Below are positions 43,401 to 53,911 of a DNA stretch of 64,000 nucleotides, piece after piece. The stretch is taken from the NCBI GenBank assembly GCA_965153285.1, contig OZ229111.1. One strand, given 5' to 3'. The notes under the pieces were generated by a model. That model was not told the origin of the DNA, made no database searches, and saw only the letters and a list, made by a program, of their open reading frames with translations. The position numbers and the translations under genes are program-made. This DNA comes from Podarcis tiliguerta. Lineage: Eukaryota. The number at the start of each line of letters is the position of its first letter. The stretch's first letter is position 1.

Positions 43401-46336
43401 TGTTCCATTTACCAATCAAAATCACTGATGTGTGAGGCAGTGAATATCTTGCACGTCTGTGAGTTTACTACGTAATGCGGAAACTGCTGTGTGATGAAAG
43501 AATATGCTTCATTTTCTTAAGTATCAGTAGTTGTAGAAAACACTTGGAAATACATGCAGTGCCTTCTCTACCTATTCTTTTCTACAGATACCTTCCTTGT
43601 CAAATATTTTCAGACAATTATTAAAGCAGAACACACAGAACCAAGCCAATATAAGCAAACATAATTGTCACATAATTATTATTTTCCTTTTGCACAAGAG
43701 CTGGAACTTCCTAGTTGACAGCATGTCTCTAGTTTCACAGGACAAGAAACCCACAAAACAATTTCCTCATCTCCTTCAGCCGAGGACATATATCTAGAAG
43801 AGCAGATCTCGTATGTAGTTTTAACAGTTGTTCTGTTAATAAATACACTAATAAATACACTGGGATGAGATGGAATTTTAAGACCCAAAAAGACTGACAT
43901 TAATAGATGACTTAATTGACTGTCGTGAAAATCCATTTTTCTGAAGAAAATTTACAGCTACTCAGAAGATATACCTTCCAGACACTAAGCTGAACCAATG
44001 CTCACACCAGTACAACATGACAGTGCTCAGCAACACCAAGTCCTTCTCAGTAAACAATGACAGCAGCCAAATTGTTGGGGGCCACCAGAAATCACCTGGT
44101 GGGGGGGTCCACACATGGCCCACATGTTATTTACCTCTGCATTAGTTTCATAGACACAGAGCATGCCATAGTAGCAACAGTGTTGGCTTTGGATGTGGAA
44201 ACCCCCAGGTTCAAATTTCTGCTCACCCTTGAGGCTCAAAGGATGAACCTGGGCAACCACAAATACTCAGCTTACTCTACCGCAAAGGGCAGTTGCGAGG
44301 TTAAAATGTGGGACAGCTCAGTGTCCTAAACCTATCAATAAACCTTGATGCTTATGGAGTGAAGAAAGATTGACATCAGCACTTACTGGGTGTCACCCTG
44401 ACGAATCATATCGCAAATCTGGAGGATGGACTCCCAGTCTGTCTCCAGCAGAAGCTGACTGGTAGCTTTATCTAAAATACATAGAAATAATCATTAACCA
44501 TTCAGGTCAAATGCTAATATAGTTATTTGCTTTGGGAGTCTGTTGGACAAATAAAACATACTTGGTATTTGTTGGTAGAGTACACCAGAAATTTGAGAAC
44601 CTAGAGCATTTTGTTTTGTTCACCTAACAGTATCTTGCAAAATAGCTTACATGTCTATGCTTGGCATCAGCCCTTTGTATGTGGATTATAATTTTATTGA
44701 GTAATTTCAGTTGCATGGAATGGATGGTGAGTGGGATTGGGTGAGTGGTTGTATGAATGATGTGCATTATTTTGGTTGAAATTTTATGTTGTACTGTATT
44801 GCCTTGTAACATTCTCTGACTTTATAAGTGATATTATGTTTATGATGTATGGTATATAGAAATGGATATTGTTTATGAATTTGTTTTGTTTATATATAAA
44901 TCATTTTATATGGTTTTTATTTTAATTATTGTGTTTCTAAATTTATTTTTATCTATTGTAAACTGTTGAGATTTTCATATAGTTTGCAATCTGTAAATGG
45001 AAACAACTGTTATGTTGCTGCTAAATGGTGGCCCCTTACGAAGAGCATTTCTAACCCCCAATAGCACAGTCAGTATTACTTGCAGAGCACACTTGCTGTC
45101 TAGTGACCCTGCCCATGTTTGCTACTCCAACTCTGCCATCCACAAAGCCTAATTATTTGCAACTGCTTCTGTGCATTTTCATCCTCTCACTTAATTGTCA
45201 AAAAATTTACTGTAAGATTCTTTGACTTATTTCTCTTTCTTTTGCTTATGTTACTCTAAAGTTCAATGTTCATGGACAGCACTATATAAAAATTGGCACT
45301 GGAGCTCATAATCTAATGACAATTGTGTGCCCATCCCCCATCCCCCTTTTCTTGTTTTCTGGTAAGCAATGTTATTGCCACCCCCACAGCAGCTGACACA
45401 TTTCAAACTCCTTCCCCATGTGACATCTGCCCTAAATGCACCACTGTGTGCTCTCTTGATTCAGTCAGCTGAGAGTTCTGTTCTTGCCCTGTCACTTCCT
45501 GGATTGTTAGTCACCTTGCAGAGCCTGATTTTAGTAATAGTGGTGAGATCAGAAGTGTTGTACTGTAAAAACATATAAAGCTTTTCATTTCTCAAAAGAC
45601 TGTTAACTTTTCCCCAGAATTCAAAAAGGGCCAGATTAATCAGTTTAAACAAACACCACAGCTCTGATCCAGCGATAACCCCTTCATTCGTCAATGAATA
45701 TGTGTTTTTGTGTGTGTGTGACTTGTTTATTTTTCTAAGGCTTGTATCCAATGCTATTTGTGTTCAGAGTATATCCACTGAGCTTTCCGAACGTGGCTTA
45801 GATCCAATGCACCCACACTGAGTAGGGCGACACTGGTTAAAACCCCAAACGCCCATTTTCGAGATCAAAGGGCAGCAAAAGGAATGTTGTCATCCTGTCT
45901 GTGTCTGGCAGAGGAAGTCGGTTACAGCTGCTAGGCCCAAACACGGTTTTGTTTTTCCGTTGGGAGCTTCAATCTGGGCGTATGTGGAGCGACCACAGTG
46001 AATAGCCATAGGGAAATTAATTGGGGCGGGAGGGGGGATGGGCAGCGAACAGAGAAGCAGCTTTCAGGGAGAAAAAAACCTATTTGGCTTCCAGCGTAAT
46101 GGGAGCTGAAAAGGGAGGTCCTCCGCGGAAGAGCTCTGGGCTTCGACGTTCCCCACAGGAGCTCAGCCCGAAGAAGCGCAGCACTGGGCGAAGGTGGGGA
46201 GAGGAAGGCGAAGGGTCAGAACACCCCACCCAGGTATTTGGGGTCACAGGTCAAGGGGGCAGGACGCTGCCGGGACTCCCCCCCCCCCGCGCCCAGTACC
46301 TAGAAGCCGCTCGAAGGTGCCGCCGCCTCGCCCCAT
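34498..46336 (-). CDS. HGS: Hepatocyte growth factor-regulated tyrosine kinase substrate (HRS, ESCRT-0), 21 coding exons, 759 aa
   Basis: Exons: 46300-46336, 44387-44471, 43141-43216, 42608-42700, 42131-42254, 41592-41644, 40405-40473, 40125-40249, 39514-39592, 39319-39417, 38652-38747, 38317-38355, 38068-38211, 37486-37699, 36702-36874, 36416-36556, 36121-36298, 35869-36002, 35131-35241, 34835-34930, 34498-34611 (2280 nt). Contains VHS (MGRGGGTFERLLDKATSQ), FYVE (RKHHCRACG), UIM (QEEEELQLAIALSQSEAE), PSAP, coiled coil and the C-terminal clathrin box LISFD*. Confidence 0.97.
36945..37245 (+). mobile_element. L2-like LINE 3' fragment
   Basis: Homologous to 11995-12300; lies in an HGS intron. 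Confidence 0.7.
39751..39979. mobile_element. Tigger/pogo-type MITE
   Basis: TIRs cagtggaaccttggttct / agaaccaaggtacgactg, flanked by TA. Confidence 0.75.
40690..41345 (+). mobile_element. Old degraded L2-like LINE 3' region
   Basis: Degenerate RT C-terminus-like text (..LDYCNAF..GAALEDG*EAADSVECRC.. across frames) ending in a gtgaaccaccctggg-type terminus. Confidence 0.5.
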
Positions 46337-46558
46337 GGTGATCCCCGTCGAAGAGCAGGTAGCACCGACCGCTGGATCTGGTTCGCCTCGGAAACCCGCT
46401 TCCGCAGCCTAGGCCCCGCTTCCGGCTTCCGCGGAGCGCCGAGGCGGGACTTCCGGCGGCAGCCATTTGGCGATTGGCGGACGTGGCGACCGGAGCGGCG
46501 TGTCGGTCCAGGAACGGATGGGTTCGTGGCCGGGAGGAAGCGGTCGCCTCTAGTTGCT
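46337..46558. promoter_or_regulatory. Compact bidirectional CpG promoter between HGS and ARL16
   Basis: The two start codons are only about 220 bp apart, head to head. Several ETS-type cttccg(g) motifs, a YY1-like cagccatttgg and an attgg (CCAAT) box. Confidence 0.85.
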
Positions 46559-49500
46559 ATGGTGATGGCCAGCGGCGGCGGCGGCTCCACTTACTTGCTT
46601 CTGGGGGGTTCGGGCGCGGGCAAGACCCTGCTGGTGAAGCGGCTGCAGAATATCCCCTCGCGGCTGGGAGGAGGGCCGGGGCTGGGGGGGGGGGGCGGGC
46701 AGAGAAGGCGGAGGAGGAAGCGCGGAGGCTGCCTAGGGTGGAAAGGGGTGGTGGGTGAGCTGCATCTCTCTGGCCTGTGTGGTGTAGTGGTTAAGAGCCG
46801 TAGACTCCTAATCTGGTGAACCCGGTTCGCTTCCCCGCTCCTCCACGTGCAGCTGCTGGGTGACCTTGGGCCAGTCACACTTCTCTGAAGTCTCTCAGCC
46901 CCACTCACCTCACAGAGTGTTTGTTGTGGGGGAGGAAGGGAAAAGAGATTGTTAGCCGCTTTGAGACTCCTCGGGTAGTGATAAAGCGGAATATCAAATC
47001 CAAACTCTTCTTCTTCTTGTGTCCCTCTTGCTGGTCATCCATGCCTGCCTGGCAGTGTGAGTAGGCACAAGTTTGTGCAAAAGCCATGGAGGGAGGGAGA
47101 GGGGGAGGAGATAGTTCCTGGTGACACAAAGTTAAGTGTGATGGGAGGATGGCTTCATGACAACAGACCCTTCCCGGGAGGGCTGCCATATTTTGAAAAG
47201 CAAAACTTCCACTTTTAACTATGGATCACTACAACTCTACCAATGAAAAAAGGAGGACGTGCCCTGGGAAAAGAGGACATATGGCAACCCCACTCCAATC
47301 CTCTCTCCTGGGGGTTGAGGGAAACCCTTGCACCTGTTTGGGCTCTGTGCTGTGTTGTACCGAACCTTTTTCCATTCCAATCCCACCACTTTCCTTAACA
47401 GTCTCTGCACAGCTGAGCTCCAAAGATGGCGCCAAAGACCTTGGGGAGCCGCCAGCTACTCTGCCTACGGTATGGCCTTTCTTGTCTTTGGTTTGGTTCT
47501 TGTGGCTCAGCAGATGTGGCTCAGCTGTAGAGCATGTGCTCTGCAAGCAGAAGATGCCAGCAGGTTTGCTCCTGAACATCTTGTTCAAAGGAACTTGAGT
47601 AGCATCGGTAGGAAAGAACCACTGTCAGCCCGAGTAAATATTGCCCAGCTAGCCCACCAACAGTATGACTTGGCATAAAGCAGTTTCTTTTATTCCGATT
47701 GGTACAGGATGTTGTGGTACCCAGATTAGAGATGATTTACTACTCCTGACGTGAACACGTGGCAAAATCTTTAACAGAAGCAAATTGTGGTAAAGATAAG
47801 GGCATTGCTGTGGTCACACTAGCTAATGTTTTACACTTCTGTCGTCAATGAAATCAAACTTCATTGAGCAAATTTCATTGATGAAATTGAACACTGTATA
47901 TGCAGATTGGTTTATTTCAGAGTGGTTTTTGCTTGTGTGATAATGGCCGGTAGGTGGCTCTCAGGGAGTGGTTGTTCTAAGACAGGCCCCAACCTCTTCC
48001 TATAGTTTCTGCTGTGATTACCTTTGTTGCATTTTGTCACTCTTCTTGGTACAAAGGATACACTTTTTATATAGCTTGTATAGCTTACACATGGCTGTGT
48101 GTTGTAGTCGGCTTACAGTTCGTTGCACACTGCAAAACTATTATCACGTTACCCTGTCCCCAGCCTCCTGCAAGTATTAATATTGCTCCAAATATTTTCA
48201 AAATAAGCTTGGAGAAGCTCAGCAACTTTAGGAAAAGAAGCAATTGTACACAAGGAGAGGACATAGTTCAGTGGTATGTATAAGGCAAGACCACATTCAG
48301 CATTTTGGGGTTTCTGGGCAACACACCATCAATAAAAACAACCAAGAAACTTTTAGTGCTCTTAAGACACTGGTTAAAACTATTGAAACTATTAAGCACA
48401 GTGGTTTTGATCACACAAACATTCCTAGAGCCCTCTGCCCAGATGAGTCATGTAAATACACTGGTACCTCAGGTTACATATGCTTCAGGTTACAGACTCC
48501 GCTAACCCAGAAATAGTGCTTCAGGTTAAGAACTTTGCTTAAGGATGAGAACAGAAATTGTGCTCTGGCGGCGTGTCGGCAGCAGGAGGCCCCATTAGCT
48601 AAACTGGTGCTTCAGGTTAAGAACAGTTTCAGGTTAAGTACAGACGTCCCGAACGAATTAAGTACTTAACCTGAGGTACCACTGTAAACTAAGCCTCAAA
48701 CTAAATTAGTTTGTTTTAAAACAACACTTTGACCAACTCTCTGTGATGTAGCTAAAGGGTAGCTTCACCATTCTCTATACCGGTACTCCCTGGGAACACT
48801 GTTATTTCACACCCCGCAGCTCTTAGGCTACCTACACAAAATGACACTTTTACAGTCTGCATTAGTCTACAACAGGCTGCTTGATCCATGAGATGTGTAC
48901 ACTGTGATCCCATAAATGTCTACTGAGAAGCAAATCCCATTGAATTCAGTGGGACTTGCTGCCAGTAGAAGACTTCAAACCTATGCACGTATTTGGGAGT
49001 AAGACACATTGAGTTCTTTAACTTCCAACTAAGTATGCACAGGTTTGCACTGTCATTATAAGGTAGCAGTAGCTTGTTTTGAGAATTGTAACTGTATCTC
49101 CAGCTTATCGGGCTTTTTGAGTGCATGGAAGAGCTCCAATCAGATTCTTCCAGTGCCAAGAGTTGAGTCATGCTTGACAGAAGTACCTTGAAAGAAGTAC
49201 CTTTGCCTGTGTTGTGAATAACAGCTCAGTTACCCACCAACTTACAAGTCTAATAGGTGGTTGTCCCTTTGCAGGTTGGCACAAACCTTACTGACCTTCA
49301 AATCCGAAAGAAAATCACAATTCGTGAACTGGGAGGATGCATGGGCCCCATCTGGTCTAGTTATTACAGTGACTGTTGCTGCGTCCTGGTAAGGGAAATC
49401 TGTCCACTTCTGTAGCTGTTTGCTACTCTTAATTACTTACCGTATTTGTTGCTCTATAAGACTCACTTTTTCCCTCCTAAAAAGTAAGGGGAAATGTGTG

Positions 49501-50545
49501 TGCGTCTTATGGAGTGAATGCAGGCTGCGCAGCTATCCCAGAAGCCAGAACAGCAAGAGGGATCGCTGCTTTCACTACGCAGCGATCCCTCTTGTTGTTC
49601 TGGCTTCTGAGATTCAGAATATTTTTTTTCTTGTTTTCCTCCTCCCAAAACTAGGTGCGTCTTGTGGTCTGGTGCGTCTTATAGAGCGAAAAATACGGTA
49701 CTTTCATTAAAAATGAAAGCATAGGGTCTGAAGGGCCTGGAACATCAGCATGTCCTGCACCTCCTCCTTGGCAGCCCTATGTACAATACTTCCACTTAGA
49801 AAAAATAACTCAAATTTCTAGAAAATCTTGCTCTGACCAGAGAATAACTAGGCAGTTTGTATGCTGCAGCACCTCAGTGGTTCATGCATATTTCCAAATT
49901 CTTCTGGCTATGCTGTGTTGGAAAACTCTGGAACTTTAGTTTTTCACTTTGGGGCTCCCTTTGAATCATTCTCTTTTTCTTTCTGTCTCTCCTGCAGTAC
50001 ATGATTGATGCTGCTAAGCCTACGCAAATCTCCTCATCCTGCATCCAGCTTCTGTCACTTCTTTCTGCTGAGCAGCTAGCATCAGTCCCTGTACTCATCA
50101 TTTTCAACAAGATGTAAGCGATATTTAACTTTAATCTCTGGGCAGAGGACTCTGGAAGAGGGGGAGCAGAATTTGATGGGCTTCAGTGACTATTGGTAGC
50201 CAATGGCAAGGCAGTGGGACGATGACTACCTGCAGCTATCAGAATGGGGATATTTTAATTTTCAGTTGATTTCCAACCTGCTCACAATGTTCCACTGCAG
50301 GGCTTCTTATTGGAAACCGTTCAGCAGGCAGTAAAAAGTGTGTGACTACTGTTTTCTCTCTCTACTTGGACTTTAGTGACCTACCCTGCTATATGTCCCT
50401 TGTGGAGATGAAGTCATTGTTCCGAATCCAGGATATCATTGCCTGTGCCAAGCAGCCCATCACTGTTGTAGAGACCAGTGCGCGTGATGGCAATGGCTTA
50501 TCCAACGTGATGCAGTGGTTTCATTCTACAACCCAATGTGATTGA
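46559..50545 (+). CDS. ARL16: ADP-ribosylation factor-like GTPase 16, 5 coding exons, about 182 aa
   Basis: Exons: 46559-46649, 47411-47469, 49275-49388, 49998-50113, 50377-50545 (549 nt). P-loop GGSGAGKT, PTVGTN, ARL16-type RELGGCM, NKID, ETSA. Intron 1 is AT-AC. Alternative ATG at 46565. Confidence 0.95.
46771..47018 (+). mobile_element. Full-length Squam3-like tRNA-derived SINE with (CTT)n tail
   Basis: A box tggtgtagtggtt, B-box-like ggttcgcttccc, CORE-like gctgggtgaccttgggccagtcac and a (ctt)n tail. Lies within the ARL16 U12 intron. Confidence 0.8.
47179..47291. mobile_element. Short hAT-like MITE
   Basis: Termini agggctgccatat / atatggcaaccc. Confidence 0.5.
48459..48684. mobile_element. 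Tigger/pogo-type MITE
   Basis: TIRs cactggtacctcaggtta / taacctgaggtaccactg with TA flanks; an inverted copy lies at 57608-57819. Confidence 0.8.
49440..49698. mobile_element. Tc2/pogo-type MITE
   Basis: TIRs ccgtatttgttgctctataagac / gtcttatagagcgaaaaatacgg, flanked by TA. Confidence 0.75.
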
Positions 50546-51870
50546 AGCTGGAGATTGGACATGGAGCAGCAGAAAGAGAGCTAGGCAACATTCCTAGTCT
50601 TATCACTTAGGAAGTGGCAGCTAGCAAAATTTATAGCCAGCAAAACTTAATAGTTCCCTGCAGGCAGTGGAAACAACATTGCTGCTATGGACTTTGGATG
50701 TAGTTTGAACCCAAAAGTAAATATTTTCCTATTTAAATCATTCAGTATATTGCCTCTTCTGTTTTGCATGTGCTACTAGGATGCTGGAAGAGAATGCTTC
50801 TATGGAAGGGGAGGACAAACTACATGTTTGTCTCATCCATTTATTTTAATTAAGGTCTTCATTTCTCACAGTCCAAGTTCCCATGGCGTCTGTGCCAGTT
50901 CTCAAATTCCTTCTGTGGCTTAGAGCCTCTTTGCAGGATTCTTTGTTCATGCAATGAATGCAGAGTTGTTAACAAAGGATCCTAAAGGTACCTCTTGGTT
51001 TCAGGGATAATGTAACTTTTACACAATATAATATAGAATAAATTTCTCCCTTCAGGTATTCACGCAACAGCAATTGCAACTGGCCTGTGGAATGTGGTTG
51101 TGTGGCAAGGGCACCTATTTGATTATATGTGGCATGAAACTTACCTTCTGCCATATCCTTTTGTGACATTGTTAATTGCATGTCATTCTCACTAACCATT
51201 GCCATTTACACCGAACCCCATGCCCCTTGCTTTATCTGCTACAATGGCAAGATCTTTGATTAACAGAATGGTGAAAAGGCAATGGATCCATTTGTCCATC
51301 CATCCTGTACATCAGTGAAGAAGCGACTTGCTTGGACTAATTTTCTGTGCCGAGCCCTGCCTCCTTTTGCCCAGAATCAATCACAGACTTTGGGCCATGT
51401 GAAGGAGGTAACACTTTGGAAGTTTAAAGGATGAAAGGGGTGGCTATTTTTAAGCACCTGATGGAATAAAATCGGGGTGACTAATTTTTAGATGGTTAGG
51501 ACAGAACCAATCTGGGGAGTTTCCTTGGGAAGGTATTTTGAGCTAAGCAGTGTAACACTGCCAAGAAAAGACTTTAAATGTTCAGGAAATGGTCCAGAAG
51601 CAATTGGGGGGGTGGGATCAAACTAAGATACATTTAAGCATAAAAGTACATTTAAACTAAGAAATCTTGAAAAAGAAGATGGTGATCTGTTATATTATCA
51701 TCAGCTATAATCTATGCTGTTTTTTTGACAATTATTGTCTCTCAAAGCTACTCAGATCAATAATAATAAAACGATGTACTGCCACCAGGTTCACAAACAA
51801 GGGGAACAGCAAAAGAGGAAAGGATTGGGCAGGGGAGAAGATGAAGGAGTGAAACCAAATCTTCACAAGT

Positions 51871-52035
51871 AGAATCACAGAATTGTAGTGTTGGGAGGGA
51901 CCCTGAGGTTCATTTAGTCCAACCCCTGCAATGCAGGAATATGCAGTGCAGGAATATGCTGCTGTCCCATACAGGGATCAAACCTGCCACCTTGGCATTA
52001 TCAGCACCAAACTCTAACCAACTGAGCTATCCAGG
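51871..52035 (-). mobile_element. tRNA(Ile-like)-derived SINE with CR1-type tail
   Basis: The - strand reads ctggatagctcagttggttagagtttggtgctgataatgccaaggtggcaggtttgatccctgtatgggac. Confidence 0.65.
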
Positions 52036-52279
52036 CTTCACGAACAGCTGTAATTGGGTAGTTTTTCAAAAGAGAATGTTTTTAATAACACCAAATCAAG
52101 CTGTCCTGGTAAAAATGGCATCCTGCCAACAAATGTCTTACAATCCTCTTATTGTGCTTCTGTGGCCCTATAAATCCACTGTGCATAGCCCAAAAGGAAG
52201 GGCCATTACAATTCTTTAAAATTCAGTGTTTGGTTCTTTTTTAAATATCATTAGTTTCTGTATGCTTCAAGTACTTGGG

Positions 52280-52520
52280 TCCAGCTCAAGGAACATTTCA
52301 ATTTGCCTGTTCATGGAAGCTGGAACTGCCAGCAAATATTAAGAATTGATGTTATTGGGCTGAAGATGGATGAGATTCTCATGATCTTCTGAACACAGAG
52401 AAGCTTGAAGGCAGGCAAGAGGAGACCGACATTTCCAGCAGCGCAGGCTATTCCTCAGAGCATTCCTAGAGCAGCCGACATCAATCCTCCGTCTCACAAA
52501 GAGCATTTCAGGCAAAAGTT
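52280..52520. repeat. Unclassified ~240-bp direct repeat, copy 1
   Basis: Alignable by eye to 54085-54333 (tccagctcaagga...ctgaag.tggatgagatt...agaagcttgaagg.aggcaa...agcatttcaggca). Confidence 0.8.
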
Positions 52521-53911
52521 CATCTTGCCGATCCACTGATATACTGTTGGATTGAAAGGGAAATTTCAGCTGCCATTGTTATTAGAGAACTGGTTTTATT
52601 TTTACAATCAGAATAATGGTCCTAAATATGCACCACTCAGCAACAATATCTATATTTTTCAGTTCTTCCTTTTAGTGCTCTTTTACGTTCCTCACTTACC
52701 AGAATGGCTGTTAGTAATACACCCTCCACCTCTAATCTTGCTTGTAAATTATTGCCTTGGGAGTGTGCTGGGAAGTGAACAGAAGAGCTAAGAGATTGCC
52801 AGCATCCAAGGACAAACAAGATGCAACAGTGGCACAATCCTGTGTTAGCGGATCATGCCAAATTCCTATTAAGCAGAGTGGTGGTAATTTAAAATGAAAC
52901 CTAGGCGATTCTCCCACCTGCTCTCCCCCCCCCCCCCGCCCCCAATTTATTTTTGGCAGGCACTGTTTCTGATGGAAGAAAAAAACAACTTGGAGAAAAG
53001 TACAGGCAGAGCAAGAGTTCAGCACCCCTCCCACTTTCCTGTGCTGCACTTTAAATTGCTCCCCTGCCCTGTTTCATAGGAAATTGATAGCAATCAGATT
53101 CCCTCCAATCTGCTACCATCATATCTTGCTTGCCCCCAAGGTCCTGCAATTTACTTCCATCAATTTAATTTCCTAGTGAAATACATTTTCAAAAATGGAC
53201 TGCATTTCCTTTCTCTCTGTGTGTACATATGCATACATTAAGAAGTAACAGGAGAGAGCGCTGCAACACAGCCAGCTTGTCTCATTACCAGTCTCTGCAG
53301 ATGTTTTGCTTATATAAAATCCACACATAAGCAGGGCGAGAAGGTGGGGAGTATGCAAAGCTCTTGCCATCCTCATCACCTCCCAGAAACTGCAGGGCCA
53401 GTCTCCTGTATTCGTGGAGGCTCACTGCACAATTCAGACAAGGTAAGATCAAGGTGCTTTGATGCATCATTCAAAAGCACCCTGCCTGCCAGGCACAAAC
53501 TGCACAGGCAAGAAGCCACAGGCTATGTGGGCTTAGGGGTCATCGGGTAAGCAGGAAGCAAAGGGAGAGGAGAAAAAGTTTCCTAATATCCAGCATGTTT
53601 TGGACCTCTCTGGTCCTTCATCAGGAAGTTACAAACTTCTGTTATACTGTCTCCACTTTCCTTCTACAGTACCTTTTTCTCCTACCTTTTTGCTTCCTCT
53701 GCCCCGCCCCATTAGCCTCCACTGCACCTGCATGGGCTCAGTGTAAGGTGTACACCAGCTTTGGCTAAGGCACTAGCCCATTATGTATGTATGTGCTACC
53801 CTGCCAAGCAGCTTGGCAGCAGCATCTTGTCAGTTCCATGGAGCTCCTCAATAGTCTTACCTCACCTTCAACTGCCCCCAAAGCCTTACCTCATCTTCAG
53901 TTGCTGCATTC

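Larger units (their letters stand above)
46650..47410 (+). other. U12-type (minor spliceosome) AT-AC intron, ARL16 intron 1
   Basis: 5' end ATATCCCCT; branch site TTCCTTAAC at 47391-47399; 3' end ...TCTGCAC. Splicing gives CAG A|AG CTG (RLQKLSSKDG) in frame. Confidence 0.88.

Noticed and set aside
51965-52035. tRNA-Ile gene on the - strand
   Set aside because: Degenerate, attached to a CR1-like tail, with a second copy near 12315-12442. It is a SINE.
52280-52325. SECIS element (AUGA...AAA...UGA on the - strand)
   Set aside because: The AUGA-to-AA spacing is too short, the second copy has AUGG, and no selenoprotein is adjacent.
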